Below are positions 13,947 through 25,404 of a stretch of DNA of 64,000 nt, piece by piece. Every line of letters starts with the position of its first letter. Position 1 is the first letter of the stretch. This DNA is from Thecamonas trahens ATCC 50062. Taxonomy: Eukaryota > Protista > Apusomonadida. The DNA is taken from positions 142,244 to 206,243 of the forward strand of contig NW_013657672.1 in NCBI RefSeq assembly GCF_000142905.1. The letters run 5' to 3'. A program made the position numbers and the translations under genes. The notes beneath the pieces were generated by a model. That model saw only the letters and a program-made list of their open reading frames with translations, made no database searches and was not told the origin of the DNA.

Positions 13947-14808
13947 TCTTCGCCTTGGCCTTGGCCTTGGCCTTGGCCTTGGCAAGCGGCTTGGTCGGCG
14001 TCTTGCCAGCCGATGGGGCGGTGAAGAACGCCGCCAGATCCATGCCAGGGCCGTTGTCATAGTCAAACTCGTCGCCGCTCCCATCGCCACCGCTCGACTC
14101 ATCATCGCTGGCTGGGCCAAAATGCTCAGCCGGAGTAGTCGGCGTGTCAACAGGTGAGACCTCACGCTCGACGTAGAGGCGGGCCTTGGCGGCGGTGGCA
14201 GCGTCGAGAATGCCGGCGCGTTCGCGCTTGATGGCATCGCTCAGGCGGGCCCTGGCCGACTTTGAAGAGCCACGAGCATGAGATGGAACCATAAGATCCA
14301 AGGCTTCGGCTGGAGCAGCCACCTCTGCCAGCTTTGCCAGCAGGCGCTCTCTGCGACGGATCTTCCTCCGCTTCTTGGCATCGTGGACCTTGCGGCGCAC
14401 CTCCGAGTCGCGCAGCTCATGCTCTGCCGTCTCGACACGAAACAGAGCCTTTGCAGCCGCCTTCTCCTTCGCCTTCTCCTTCCTCCTCTTCCGTGCAGTC
14501 AGCGACTCCTCCTTCTGCCGCTCTCCAGCCATTGGCTCGCTCAGCTGGTCAGCCCCAACACGTCCCGCTTCAGGATCCAAAAGATGGCCACTCCCATCCG
14601 CCGACCCGGAGGGAACCGAGTGACTGGGCATGGCCATGGACTTGGACTTGGACTTGGACTTCTTGGACTTGGACTTGGACTTGGACTTGGACTTGGACTT
14701 CTTCTGTGGCCGTGTATCGTCAGAACTGGATCCTCCCCCGGCAGGGGCGGTGGGGAGCGTCCCCGTTCGCGTCCGCTTACGCTTGCGCTTGGGTTTGTAG
14801 CCGAGCAT
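10657..14808 (-). CDS. DHX37: DEAH-box RNA helicase DHX37/Dhr1 (SSU processome)
   Basis: Motifs [27 protein letters not shown], MSATL and QRAGRAGRTGPGHCYRLYSS, plus the Dhr1-type RRPEIQEVRSKLPVVAEE. First in-frame ATG is at 14808. Confidence 0.93.
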
Positions 14809-15042
14809 GAGACGAGTGATAATAGCCGAATTCAATCCATTGCCGAACCACCATCAACATTGCCCACGCAGGGGAAAAGGGGGGAGGGGGGGAGAGGGAA
14901 TACATGTTGTTTGATCAGAGAGGCAAAGCCAGCGTGCCCCATCAACTACAACTGCGTCTACAAACATCAAAAGCCTGCCTGCAACCATGCGCCGAGCTCG
15001 TCCCTCGCAACGACTGGGCAAGAGCGCAGGCCTCTACAATCA

Positions 15043-17779
15043 CTACAGCTTGCGAAGCTCGAGGAAGCCTTCGCCAGGCGCCTCGCCCTTGTATGAGAGG
15101 GCGATGCGGGCGTTGGCAGGAAGCGAGAGAAAGTCGATGAGGGTGAGACCCGTGACGTTACCTGACGGGTGGTCGTCGATGGCGGCAAGACGGCCAGACG
15201 AGTGGTGGATGACGTACGATGACGAGTTGACGGCAGAAAGCACCGGCTCACCATTGACCAGCAGCTGGATGGAGGGCTTGGCGGCGGAAAAGAATCCGGC
15301 CGAGACCTGGTAGAGGCCTGGAAGAGTGGCCACGAGATTGACCTTGTCCTTGCCCCACACGAACACGTCAGGCGCCGAGTTGAGGATCTGCACGTTCCAC
15401 GGAATGCCGTGTCCTCCCTTGGTCTTGCCGGACTTCCACAACCAGCGGCCGACCATGAGCTCGGCCGAAAGCGCCTCCAGGACGCGGCCCTGCTCCGAAT
15501 CGATGCGCGCCACGTCGGCCAGCGGCGCTTTGGCCGCCAGCTCATTGGTCACGCTCGCCAGCGCGCGGTTGACGTCGTCAACCGATGCCTTGGCGTCGGT
15601 CAGTGTGATGACGTCCTGCAGCGACGCCTTGAGTTGCAGCTCGTGCTTGAGCTCGTCCAAATCGCGTGTGGTCGCTGGCCGGCCGGCCGCGCCTGACGCA
15701 CTGTCAGCCGGGCCAAACAGCCGCGCCTCGAGCTCGGCCAGCTCGCGCGCGTCGGCCTTGCCCGCCAGCAGCGAGGCCACGTCCTTAACATTGGCCTTAC
15801 TTGCGAGCGCCACATCGAGCTCGGCCCGCAGCTCGCGGCCCGAGGTCTCCAGCGCTTCGTCCATGACCGACATCGTCGCCGCCGTCTGCTCACGGATGGC
15901 GGCGACGACGTTTGACTCGAGCGAGTCGACCGTCAGCCGCAAGTTGGTGTCCATTGTCGACGCATCGACCTTGGTGTTGATCACCCCGGTCATGTTCATC
16001 AGTTCGCGGTTGATGGCCTCGTTCATGTTGACAACCGCGTCGTCAAACTTGGAGATCTCCACCTTGGACTCAAGCTCGGCAATCGTGGCTTCGCGGAGCC
16101 GCTCCATCTTCTCCAGCACGTCGTCAACGTCGCGCTTGTGCGCCTTGGTCGCCAGCTGCGCCGCCAAGTGTGACCGCAGCTCCTCGAGCTCGTGCGCCCG
16201 CGCTGCCGCAGCCTCGCCGCCCGCAGACTCGACCGCCTTGGTCATCGTCGTCGTCAGCGCGTCCGAGAGCTGGGCGTTGGAAATCTTGCCGGCAAGCGCC
16301 GAGTTGAGCTCGACCGAGAGCGAGTTGATCTCGGCCCGGAGCTCGGCCACTGTCCGCCCGAGTGTGTTGTTCAGCTGCAGCTCTGAGACCCGAGCCGCAA
16401 GCTTGTTCTGCATCTCGTGCTTGTCGTTGAGCACGTCGCGCTTAAGCGCGTTGAGGTCTGCCGCCGGAGCGAGCGTCGTCACCACATCCTGCGTGTGTGC
16501 AATGTCGTGCTCCATCGCCGCCAGCTTGCCCTCCAGATCAGCGGCCGATGGCCGGCCGTACAGCTCCTTGGTAAACGCCGCGTTGAGCTCAGCAATGCGT
16601 GCCTCGAGGAGCTCAGCAACCGCCTCTGGCGTGGCCTTCTTCTCTAGCGCAGCATTGACAAGATCGACGTCGGCCTTCTTGGCCAGCACCGTGTTGACGT
16701 CGGCAATCGACGCCTTGCTTGCCAGCTGCTCCTCCACCGCCGCCGCATTGGCCTTAAGCTGCAGCGCCGCCGCTACCGCATCCTTGTTTGCCTTGAGGTT
16801 GAGCGACTCGTTGACGTCCACAATGTTGGCCTTGAGGTCCAGCAGCGACTGCAGGTCCGAGATGTGGACCTTCTTGTCGAGCTCGGCCACCACATCGCGG
16901 GCGTCAGCCTTAGTCCCCAGCTCTGACGACAGGTTCTCAATTGACCGAGCCACTTGCTCCAGCAGTGCGTTGACGTCTGCCACAGACGCCTTGGTCTCGA
17001 TCACCCGCGTTGCCTTCTGCACATCGCCTAGCGACGCCTTCTCCGCCAGGCCGAGAAGCATCTCCTCGCGGTTGGCCTTGCGCTCCAGGACCAGTGCCAT
17101 CTCTTCGGCGTTGGCCTTCCGCCTCAGTTGCTCTTCCACCAGCCGCACGTCGGCCTTGGCGTCCAGCACATGGATGACCTCGGAGAACTGGTCCGCCACT
17201 TCAGAAAGGTCGGCCTTGCGATCGAGCATGGCCACCACCTCAGAGGCCTCGGCCTTGGAGTCCAGCACCCTAACGACGCCCCCCATCACCGCCCCATAAA
17301 GTTCGTTCCTCATGAGTGCCACTTCCTCTCTCCTGCTATGCTCCTCCCTGCTCCTCCCGCCCCGCCCCGCTCTCCATAACCGCGCCTGCGACTTTGGCGC
17401 CCTTTTCCTGACTTTGGCGGTGATCAAGGCAGCGATCGCCACGGCACGGCAGGCCGTGCCTTCGCCGCAACTTGGACAAGACCAGGGCAGTCAGATGAGA
17501 ATGGACGTACTTGTTGAGCTCTGTAAGACGACGGTTGATGCCGTGAATGTCTGTGGCGTTTGCTTTCTGGGCGAGGAGGCCCTGCATCTCCCCACGCGAC
17601 GCCTTTTGCTCCAGCATGCGCTCCAGGCGGGAGATGGCCTCGGCCTGTGCAGCCAGGGTATGCTCTTGGGCATGGACCTTCTCGGTGAGGTACTTGAAGG
17701 TAAAGCGCACAACCTCTTGGATGTTGCGCCATTCGTTGAGTCCATTCGCCATGTCCTCCACCACGACACTCCCCGACAT
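15043..17779 (-). CDS. Coiled-coil protein with KA(D/N/S) repeats and a C-terminal beta-rich (C1q/TNF-like) domain; probable 40-nt intron 17471-17510
   Basis: Exon 1 MSGSVV...EWRNIQEVVRFTFK...ELN; GTACGT donor at 17510, CTGAC branch site and AAG acceptor put it in frame with ORF 15043-17442. Many LxxKAD/KAN repeats; C-terminus GRWLWKSG...GFLELRKL. Confidence 0.7.
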
Positions 17780-18580
17780 CGTCCCTCGGTAGTGTTGCAG
17801 CGACAAGTGCCTCCGTGTCTCGGCCGGCAGGTTGGCGCCAAAGCCAGAAGAATGCCGTCCGTCCACCCGCCTGTCGAAGACGAGCACAAGCCGCCCGCCA
17901 ACCGCGCGCGCGCACGCTAACCCGACCATCTGATCAAGACCATCAACTCCAGCCAAAAGCCATCCATGCCGACAACTCTGGCAGGCGGTCGATCAGGCCA
18001 CTTCTCACCAAGACCATGACGATTCGTCCAAGCCGTCGTCGTCAATCAGTGCTTGAGGCTGCCCTGCGCTGCGCGGGGGGGAGGGGGGGGGGGGGGGGGG
18101 GTATCCTCAGCCGTAACACCTTCTCTTCTTCCTCTCCTCCTTCCCATCTTCCCATCTCCCCCTCTCAACGATCCGACGACGCATCCTCGTCTACGGTGAA
18201 CATGGCTGCGAACGAGATCAAGACGATGCCCTTCACCGCATGGCTCCACTAACCGTCACTTGATGCCATTCCTATCATTCGTATCGGCATGTAGTGGTTT
18301 GGATAAGTAGAGCAACCATCTCCATCAAGATGCCCGCCCACCCATCACCCATGCCATACCCCCCCATCCCCACCCCTCCACCCCCGTTACCGCCTGGCCC
18401 CCGCCCCTTATCCTCACAAACTAGGCAATAGCAAAATGATGGGAAAGAGTACGTACGAGGGCAAGTGAGTGAAAGGCAGCCAGTCATGACACCGCTGTCT
18501 CGCTTCCCCTCGCATCACCACGCCACTCCACGCCAACCAAGACAACCAAGAGGGAGACAGCCTCATCCAGACGACTTTTC

Positions 18581-18909
18581 ATGTCGTCTACCACAAGATC
18601 CAAGCGAGAGGTACGTTCTTCCCTTCCCCATCCCCCTCCCTCCCTCCCCTCCTTCCCTCCCCCACTCCCATCCCCTACGGAACCCCTCCCCTCAAGGTCT
18701 CGGTCACCCGCTTTACCGTTGTTCGTTCCAACGCATTGTCGCATCCAACGGCTGCCACCGCCACAGGCCAACGCCCCCCACCCCCCCCCCACCCCCACCA
18801 CCACCACCACCACCACCACCACCACCACCACCACCACCACCATGGCAACTGACGGTATGGAGAACCTGTTGGCGGTGGAACACACGCAATGACTTACCCT
18901 TTCTCTCTA

Positions 18910-18942
<33 letters not shown>

Positions 18943-21045
18943 CTGCTGGCCTTGGCTGGCGCGCTTGGAATGGTGGACGGACGGTCGGACGTGACGTGCT
19001 GGACGGACGGACGGACGGGCTTGATGTGTCGTGCTGGACGTGTATGTGTATATATGCCTCGCCGCTTGGACAAACCCTGTACAAATCCTGTGCTTGTTGT
19101 CATCGTCCTGCTTGTCGTCGTCATCGTCCTGCTTGTCGTCGTCATCGTCCTGCTTGTCGTCGTCATCGTCCTGCTTCTTGCTGCCAACTTATCGTCATCA
19201 TTGTGGTGGATGTGGTTGATGGCGGGGCTGTAGGCTACCGAGCCAGCTTGTCGATCTGCGGTGGAGCTCAAACGGCAACGCACTCTAGCTCATCATTCTG
19301 CAACTACTCCGCCTCCAGCGGTGATTGTCCACCACCCTTCCACTGGTAGTGGGCTTCCCTCGTCAGCATCGGCCTCGGTCTCGGCATTAGCATCGCCATC
19401 GTCGGCTGCGACTCGTTCGGAGACTCTCGCATCGGCATCAGCTTCTGCCGTGGTGGCCATGGCCACGGAATCGCATGTGCCAGTGCCGTCGACGCGAACC
19501 GCTCTCTTGCCAGAGCTCAACGCATCACCCTCGCCCTCGCCCTCGAGTCCACCTCGTGAGCAACTCGCAGATCCTCCAGTTGTCCCGCCGTCTCCGCCTG
19601 GAAAGAGCACCCCGTGTCCGCGCCCGGCAGGCCGCCTCGACTCAATCATCGCGTCGGCACCGCGGAGAAAGTCAAAGGCCGAGACTGGACGCTCGTCATC
19701 GTCCTATCATGAATCGTCATCGGGAAGCACCTCCGTAGGCGGCGTCTCGTTCTCCTCGCTCTTTTCGCCCGTCCTGCAGCTCTTCTCTCACTCTGAGCTG
19801 CCGTCGGACCCGTTTGACTCGGCCATGTTTGCCCACGACGACGATCTCATGTCTCTGGCATCATCATCAGCCGCCTCGTCGGCTACCTCGTCGGCTGCCT
19901 CGTCGACTACTGTCTCGCCTGCTGTCTCCCGGCTGGGCGTCGCGCCGCCGTCGATCCGCCGCTGGGGCGGCTCGCCCTCGCGCGCACAACCTCGCATTGG
20001 CTTCTCCATTAGCCAGGCCTCGGGCTTGTCGCCAGTCCGGCGCTCGGAGTCCTCATCATCCAACTCGCTCTTTGCCCGCTACCTCGAGGCGTCGGACCCG
20101 TCGTCGTCGCTTCTCGCCTTCGACGGCCTCGATGGCCTCGACGGCCTCGACGGCCTCGACGACGATGTCGCTGACTCGAGCTCGCTGTCACGACCGCCGC
20201 TCGGCACCAATGTGCCAGGGCGGAGCCCCTTCGCCACCGCTGTGGTCGATCGCCCAGTCCCATCGCCGCCGCCGCCACCGCCGCTTGACGCCTACCCGCT
20301 GCCTGCGGCCGACGAGAATGAGAGCCCGTCGTCGCTGGCCCCGCCATCGCATGAGGTCGAGCCTGCCTCGGACGAGATCGACCCATACGTGTTCATTTAC
20401 AACTTGCCCGCCCTCCCGCCGCGGTCCATCGGCGGCCCGTTTGTCCTCCCTCCCAAGGCGGCCGACGACAACCGCATCACCCTCGTTCTTGACCTCGACG
20501 AGACCCTTGTCCACTGCACCATGGAGCCGGTCTCATCTCCCGACATGGTCTTCCCCATCTATTCGGAAGGCCGCACCTTCTCTGTCTATATGCGCAAGCG
20601 CCCGCACTTTGAGGCTTTCCTGGCCACCGTGTCTCAACTCTTCGAGGTTGTTGTCTTTACCGCCTCGCAGGAAGTCTACGCCTCGGCGCTTCTCGACCTC
20701 CTTGACCCTGATCACGTTCTCATTGACCACCGGGTCTACCGTGAGTCGTGCGCCAACATCGGCGGCAACTACATCAAGGACCTCACTGTCCTTGGCCGCG
20801 ACCTTGCCCGCGTTGCACTCATCGACAATTCGCCGCAGGCTTACGGCTACCAGCTTGACAACGGCATCCCCATCCGCTCTTGGTACGACGACAAGACCGA
20901 CACCGGCCTTATCCAACTCTTGCCGTTCCTTCGCTCGCTGGCCACAGTCGACGACGTCCGGCCCATCATCCGTGCCGCCTTTCAGTCGGCTGCCGTTGTC
21001 TCACGCCGCGGTCGCAAGCATCAGGCTTTCTCCAAGATCTTCTGA
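18581..21045 (+). CDS. SCP/FCP-family HAD phosphatase, CTDSPL2/SCP4-like; tentative exon 1 at 18581-18610 and intron 18611-19233
   Basis: TLVLDLDETLVH (DxDxT), FEVVVFTAS, YIKDLTVLGRDL and IDNSPQAY after a long Ser/Pro-rich N-terminus. MSSTTRSKRE|GTACGT...GCTGTAG|ATEPAC joins in phase 0. The 5' exon is less certain than the domain. Confidence 0.85.
18796..18842 (+). repeat. (CAC)n microsatellite
   Basis: About 15 tandem CAC units. Confidence 0.9.
19088..19175 (+). repeat. 21-bp tandem repeat, ~4 copies (gtcatcgtcctgcttgtcgtc), in the putative intron
   Basis: Directly visible; translates as RRHRPAC or VIVLLVV repeats. Confidence 0.85.
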
Positions 21046-21161
21046 GCGATAAACACGGACTTGTAACTGTGTTTGCTACCCGCAACCGAGCCAGCTCCCT
21101 GCTCTCATCACATCCCCCTCCTCCCTCCGCCCCCCGTACCCCGCCTGCCCCGCTCTCCCGG

Positions 21162-22258
21162 AGTCTGCTCTCGGTACAAGTCTGCCCATCATGGACTTTG
21201 GTCGATCGGGCGGGACAACTGCGTCTGCTCTCGGTGCCAGTCTGCCCATCATGGACTTTGGTCGATCGGGCGGACAACTGCGTCTGCTCTCGGTACCAGT
21301 CTGCCCATCATGGACTTTGGTCGATCGGGCGGGACAACTGCGTCTGCTCTCGGTACCAGTCTGCCCATCATGGACTTTGGTCGATCGGGCGGGACAACTG
21401 CGTCTGCTCTCGGTGGTACCAGTCTGCCCATCATGGACTTTGGTCGATCGGGCGGGACAACTGCGTCTGCTCTCGGTGGTGCCAGTCTGCCCATCATGGA
21501 CTTTGGTCGATCGGGCGGGACAACTGCGTCTGCTCGGTACCAGTCTGCCCATCATGGACTTTGGTCGATCGGGCGGGACAACTGCGTCTGCTCGGTACCA
21601 GTCTGCCCATCATGGACTTAGGTCGATCGGGCGGGACAACTGCGTCTGCTCTCGGTACCAGTCTGCCCATCATGGACTTTGGTCGATCGGGCGGGACAAC
21701 TGCGTCTGCTCTCGGTACCAGTCTGCCCATCATGGACTTTGGTCGATCGGGCGGGACAACTGCGTCTGCTCTCGGTGGTACCAGTCTGCCCATCATGGAC
21801 TTTGGTCGATCGGGCGGGACAACTGCGTCTGCTCTCGGTACCAGTCTGCCCATCATGGACTTTGGTCGATCGGGCGGGACAACTGCGTCTGCTCGGTACC
21901 AGTCTGCCCATCATGGACTTTGGTTGATCGGGCGGGACAGCTGCGTCTGCTCTCGGTACCAGTCTGCCCATCATGGACTTTGGTCGATCGGGCGGGACAA
22001 CTGCGTCTGCTCTCGGTGGTACCAGTCTGCCCATCATGGACTTTGGTCGATCGGGCGGGACAACTGCGTCTGCTCTCGGTGGTGCCAGTCTGCCCATCAT
22101 GGACTTTGGTCGATCGGGCGGGACAACTGCGTCTGCTCTCGGTGGTGCCAGTCTGCCCATCATGGACTTTGGTCGATCGGGCGGGACAACTGCGTCTGCT
22201 CTCGGTACCAGTCTGCCCATCATGGACTTTGGTCGATCGGGCGGGACAGCTGCGTCTG
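21162..22258. repeat. Minisatellite of 18 copies of a 58-63 bp unit
   Basis: Consensus ctgctctcggtaccagtctgcccatcatggactttggtcgatcgggcgggacaactgcgt, head-to-tail with no unique spacers. Confidence 0.97.
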
Positions 22259-22360
22259 TGGCCACTCCACCCCCCTCCCCCGCCAGAGACCGAGACCGGA
22301 GACCACCTCACCTCACCCCCCCCCCAAAGCAAGTGAGGGGTGGGCAGGGATTTGGAGGCA

Positions 22361-25300
22361 ATGCTACGACGACCAAGCTCTGCACCACATAGAGTGAGAA
22401 GAGGGCATGAAGGAGGGCAAGGCGGTGGTCAGGCTGGTGCGGCGGCTGGTCAGAGCGGTGGTGGCCACGGCAACAGAGCCAACAAGGACAGCAATCATGG
22501 CAAGGGAAGTAGACATGGCAAGGGAAGCAGACTAGATGGGGATGGACCAGAAAGGGCATGGGCACGACCGGGGACTGGCCTTGCCACCCACAGCGAGGGA
22601 AGCGATCAAGGCCGGAGAGAACACCACCAGACAGAGGCGGTGGACGACTATGGGCGGGTGCTGCGTCCGGCTTCCATGGCCAACGCCAACACACACTTGT
22701 ATGCTCCACGACCACCACCACCACGTCCGGCTACTGCTGGATCTCGGCGTATTCGTCCGGTCGAACCGTTGCTCTCGTCGCATTCAGGGTATCATGGCTT
22801 AACGGTGCGATCGGGCGGCTCACCTCGTCCGGCTTCGGCTCATCCGCGCTCTCAGCGCTTGGCTACTGCTCCGCTACCGCTCAATGTCGAGCGGAGTATC
22901 GATGTTCTGGTCCCGTCTCCTCCGCATGGTCGTCCAGCTTCCCGGTCGGTCCTGCGTGTCGTCCCGGATCCAGCCCTTGCTGTTGAAGGCGAGCAACTAG
23001 CGGTGGCCGGTGACCAGCTTGAGCCGCGGACTGCTGCTGACGAGCTTGCAGACTTTGCTCTGACCTCCGAGGCTTCAGCTGCGCTGGCTGCCACCTATCC
23101 GCGGCTGGCTAGCTCACTCCCAACCCCGTCGCCGCGGGCCGGAGCGTCTCTGGTGCGGTCGCTGCGATCGCCGGCTGCGGCGCCGGACTCGGGCTCGACT
23201 CTGGCCGCCACAGGCTCGCTACCGCGCGGCGCGGGCTGGGCCGCCCCGCGCGATGTCCGCGGCATCTGGCAGACACTCTACCAACAGTATCTTGGCGAGG
23301 AGCTGGACATCGAGCTGGCGAGGACTCAGTCACCCTCGCAGCCGCACCCGTCGTCTGCAAGCCGCCGCAGTCCCGAGTCAGCTGGCGATACTCCGCCGCT
23401 CATGCCGCGCGCAGCAGCCAAACCGCCGCGGCACTCATCGAAGCGGGTTACGGTGTCGATTGCGGTCGACACGGCAGACTTGCTTGGCTCCGACGACGGC
23501 TGGTCATCATCTCCGCCTTTGATGCACCATGACCTTGCCATCCCCCACCGACCGCGCACCTCACACACCCGCCGGCGCCCACCGCCAAGCCTGACACTGT
23601 TCAACAACGATCGCAGCTCAAGAGAAACTACGCCCACGCCGCCACACTCGCGTCGTCGGGCGAAAAGCACCAGCACCGGTCGGCGGGCGTCTCGCAAGAG
23701 AACCGGATTGCGCTCCCACTCTAAGAAGACCCGAACTAAGAAGGCCAGCCGCTCCCGCAAGCGGTCGCGCCGTGCACGCCCGGCCTCGGCTTCTGCGCAC
23801 ACTCGACCGACCCGTGCGGAGCGCCGGCGCGAGCGAGACCTCCACGCGCGGCCGTGGCGCCACAACGCTGCGCTACCGCGCCCCACCTCGGCCTTATCCT
23901 CATCAGGCCCGATACCTGCAACCCCGCCGCAGCGGCCTGCCACGGCCGCCGGAGGCATGAGCATACGCAAGGCTGCTGCGCTGAGTCGGACCTCGAAAAT
24001 GGCCGACTCAAGCACCTCTCGCCTCAATGATTCGGTCACGCTCGCCCAGTTCAGAATGGCTATCGACAAGGAGGCGTTGCCAACGGCACGCGCGGTGGCA
24101 ACAGCGCGGACAGCGTCGCTAGCCGCCGGCGAAGTTGCTCAACTCCAGTTTCTGGAGCGAGTGACCCATATGGCGGCCATCGCTGGATCGCCCGGTGCGC
24201 GGACGATTGCGGATCGACTGAGCAGGAAGCGGGATGCCATACCGCATGTCGAGGTTGCAAAATCGTTTGATGACGAGAACCCGCTTTTCTCCGAGACTAT
24301 GCCAGCTTTCCGCAATGTTACCATGTTTGCCGGCAACGCGCCCGACACGCAGGCCAAGGATGGCGACAACAGCGGAAGCAATGACGGCGCCGACGTTAAC
24401 CTTTCGGCATCAGCAGAGCTGGAAGGCGTGCTGAGTCGCACCAGCTCGAGCAGCTGGCGGCGACGGAGTCGGGTTGATTCCGGCTCGCACAAAGAACGTG
24501 CTTTGTCGGTCCGTTTCGAGACCGAAGCCTTTGGTCCGCGGGCGCATCATGAGGCCGCAGTGTACTTTGACGTCCTGCGCAAGCGCAAGCAGGAAGAGGA
24601 GCGGGCTACGGCGTACAAACGATCGATGTCGGCGCGAATCCGGTTCGAGAAGGAGCGGCGCGAGCGGCAGAAGGCTGAGAAAGAGGCGCGCCGCCGCGCC
24701 CGCGAGGAGCGGATGCGCCGCGAGAAGCTCGCCCGCGAGATGACTAGCACTATCGAGGTCGAGCTCCAGGCGGCGGTCATTGCTCGCAACGAAGTCCGCA
24801 AGCGCAAGGCCAAGGCTAAGTTCAAGCAAGTCCTCGCGCACTGGTGCATGGACCACGCCACGGTTGTTCGCCAGAATATGGTCCGGGCCGAGCGACCTCG
24901 CGAGGCTGAGCTCCGCGCGGCCGAGCGGCGCAAGCGAGCCGAGGAGCAGGCCAAGACCCGGTCGCGGGTCATCCAGCGCAAACGTGCCGAGATGGAAGTA
25001 GTCCGCGCCCGCGCCCTCGAGGCCAAGCGGCGCAAGCAAGAGGAGGCTGCCCGCGAGGCCGCCCGGCGCGCCTTTGACCTCAAGGTCAAGTCAATGCGCC
25101 GCGCAGTGTTTTTTGAGCTTGAGGAGCGTGCCGTCGCTCGCCGCGAGGCCGAGCGCGCCGCCGCCGAAGAGGCGAAGCGCCTCGCGGCCTTTGACGCCTT
25201 TCTCTCACGCCAGCAGCAGGCTGCCGCCGCCGTAGAAAAGCTTCGCTCAAAGCTGCAGACCAATCCGCAGCTGGCTGAGCTCGAGGCCCACCGGCCGGCA

Positions 25301-25396
25301 ACGACTGAGGAGCGGCTGGAAGCCGTGCTCACCCGGATCGTCGCCACATCGGAGGCGCTGGCCGATGCCTCTGGGGGCAGCAAGCCGCACTCATAG
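22361..25396 (+). CDS. Hypothetical protein: disordered basic N-terminus with RPx(S/T)A motifs and an E/R/K/A-rich helical C-terminus
   Basis: ORF of ~1010 aa; motifs RPSSA, RPATA, RPASA, RPTSA; charged helical region at ~24580-25300. Confidence 0.7.
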   Translation: MLRRPSSAPHRVRRGHEGGQGGGQAGAAAGQSGGGHGNRANKDSNHGKGSRHGKGSRLDGDGPERAWARPGTGLATHSEGSDQGRREHHQTEAVDDYGRVLRPASMANANTHLYAPRPPPPRPATAGSRRIRPVEPLLSSHSGYHGLTVRSGGSPRPASAHPRSQRLATAPLPLNVERSIDVLVPSPPHGRPASRSVLRVVPDPALAVEGEQLAVAGDQLEPRTAADELADFALTSEASAALAATYPRLASSLPTPSPRAGASLVRSLRSPAAAPDSGSTLAATGSLPRGAGWAAPRDVRGIWQTLYQQYLGEELDIELARTQSPSQPHPSSASRRSPESAGDTPPLMPRAAAKPPRHSSKRVTVSIAVDTADLLGSDDGWSSSPPLMHHDLAIPHRPRTSHTRRRPPPSLTLFNNDRSSRETTPTPPHSRRRAKSTSTGRRASRKRTGLRSHSKKTRTKKASRSRKRSRRARPASASAHTRPTRAERRRERDLHARPWRHNAALPRPTSALSSSGPIPATPPQRPATAAGGMSIRKAAALSRTSKMADSSTSRLNDSVTLAQFRMAIDKEALPTARAVATARTASLAAGEVAQLQFLERVTHMAAIAGSPGARTIADRLSRKRDAIPHVEVAKSFDDENPLFSETMPAFRNVTMFAGNAPDTQAKDGDNSGSNDGADVNLSASAELEGVLSRTSSSSWRRRSRVDSGSHKERALSVRFETEAFGPRAHHEAAVYFDVLRKRKQEEERATAYKRSMSARIRFEKERRERQKAEKEARRRAREERMRREKLAREMTSTIEVELQAAVIARNEVRKRKAKAKFKQVLAHWCMDHATVVRQNMVRAERPREAELRAAERRKRAEEQAKTRSRVIQRKRAEMEVVRARALEAKRRKQEEAAREAARRAFDLKVKSMRRAVFFELEERAVARREAERAAAEEAKRLAAFDAFLSRQQQAAAAVEKLRSKLQTNPQLAELEAHRPATTEERLEAVLTRIVATSEALADASGGSKPHS

Positions 25397-25404
25397 CTGC
25401 ACCT

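Noticed and set aside
15326-17299. Long antisense ORFs (also 42330-44580, 47196-50024, 10708-12144)
   Set aside because: Ser/Ala/Arg-rich shadows of GC-rich coding strands with no domain motifs.
18202-18252. Small ORF MAANEIKTMPFTAWLH
   Set aside because: Only 16 codons, with no splice partner or homology evident.
21162-22258. CRISPR array or repeat-encoded protein
   Set aside because: Units are contiguous with no unique spacers and no cas genes; 58- and 59-bp units shift frame, so the ORFs across it are by-products of the repeat.
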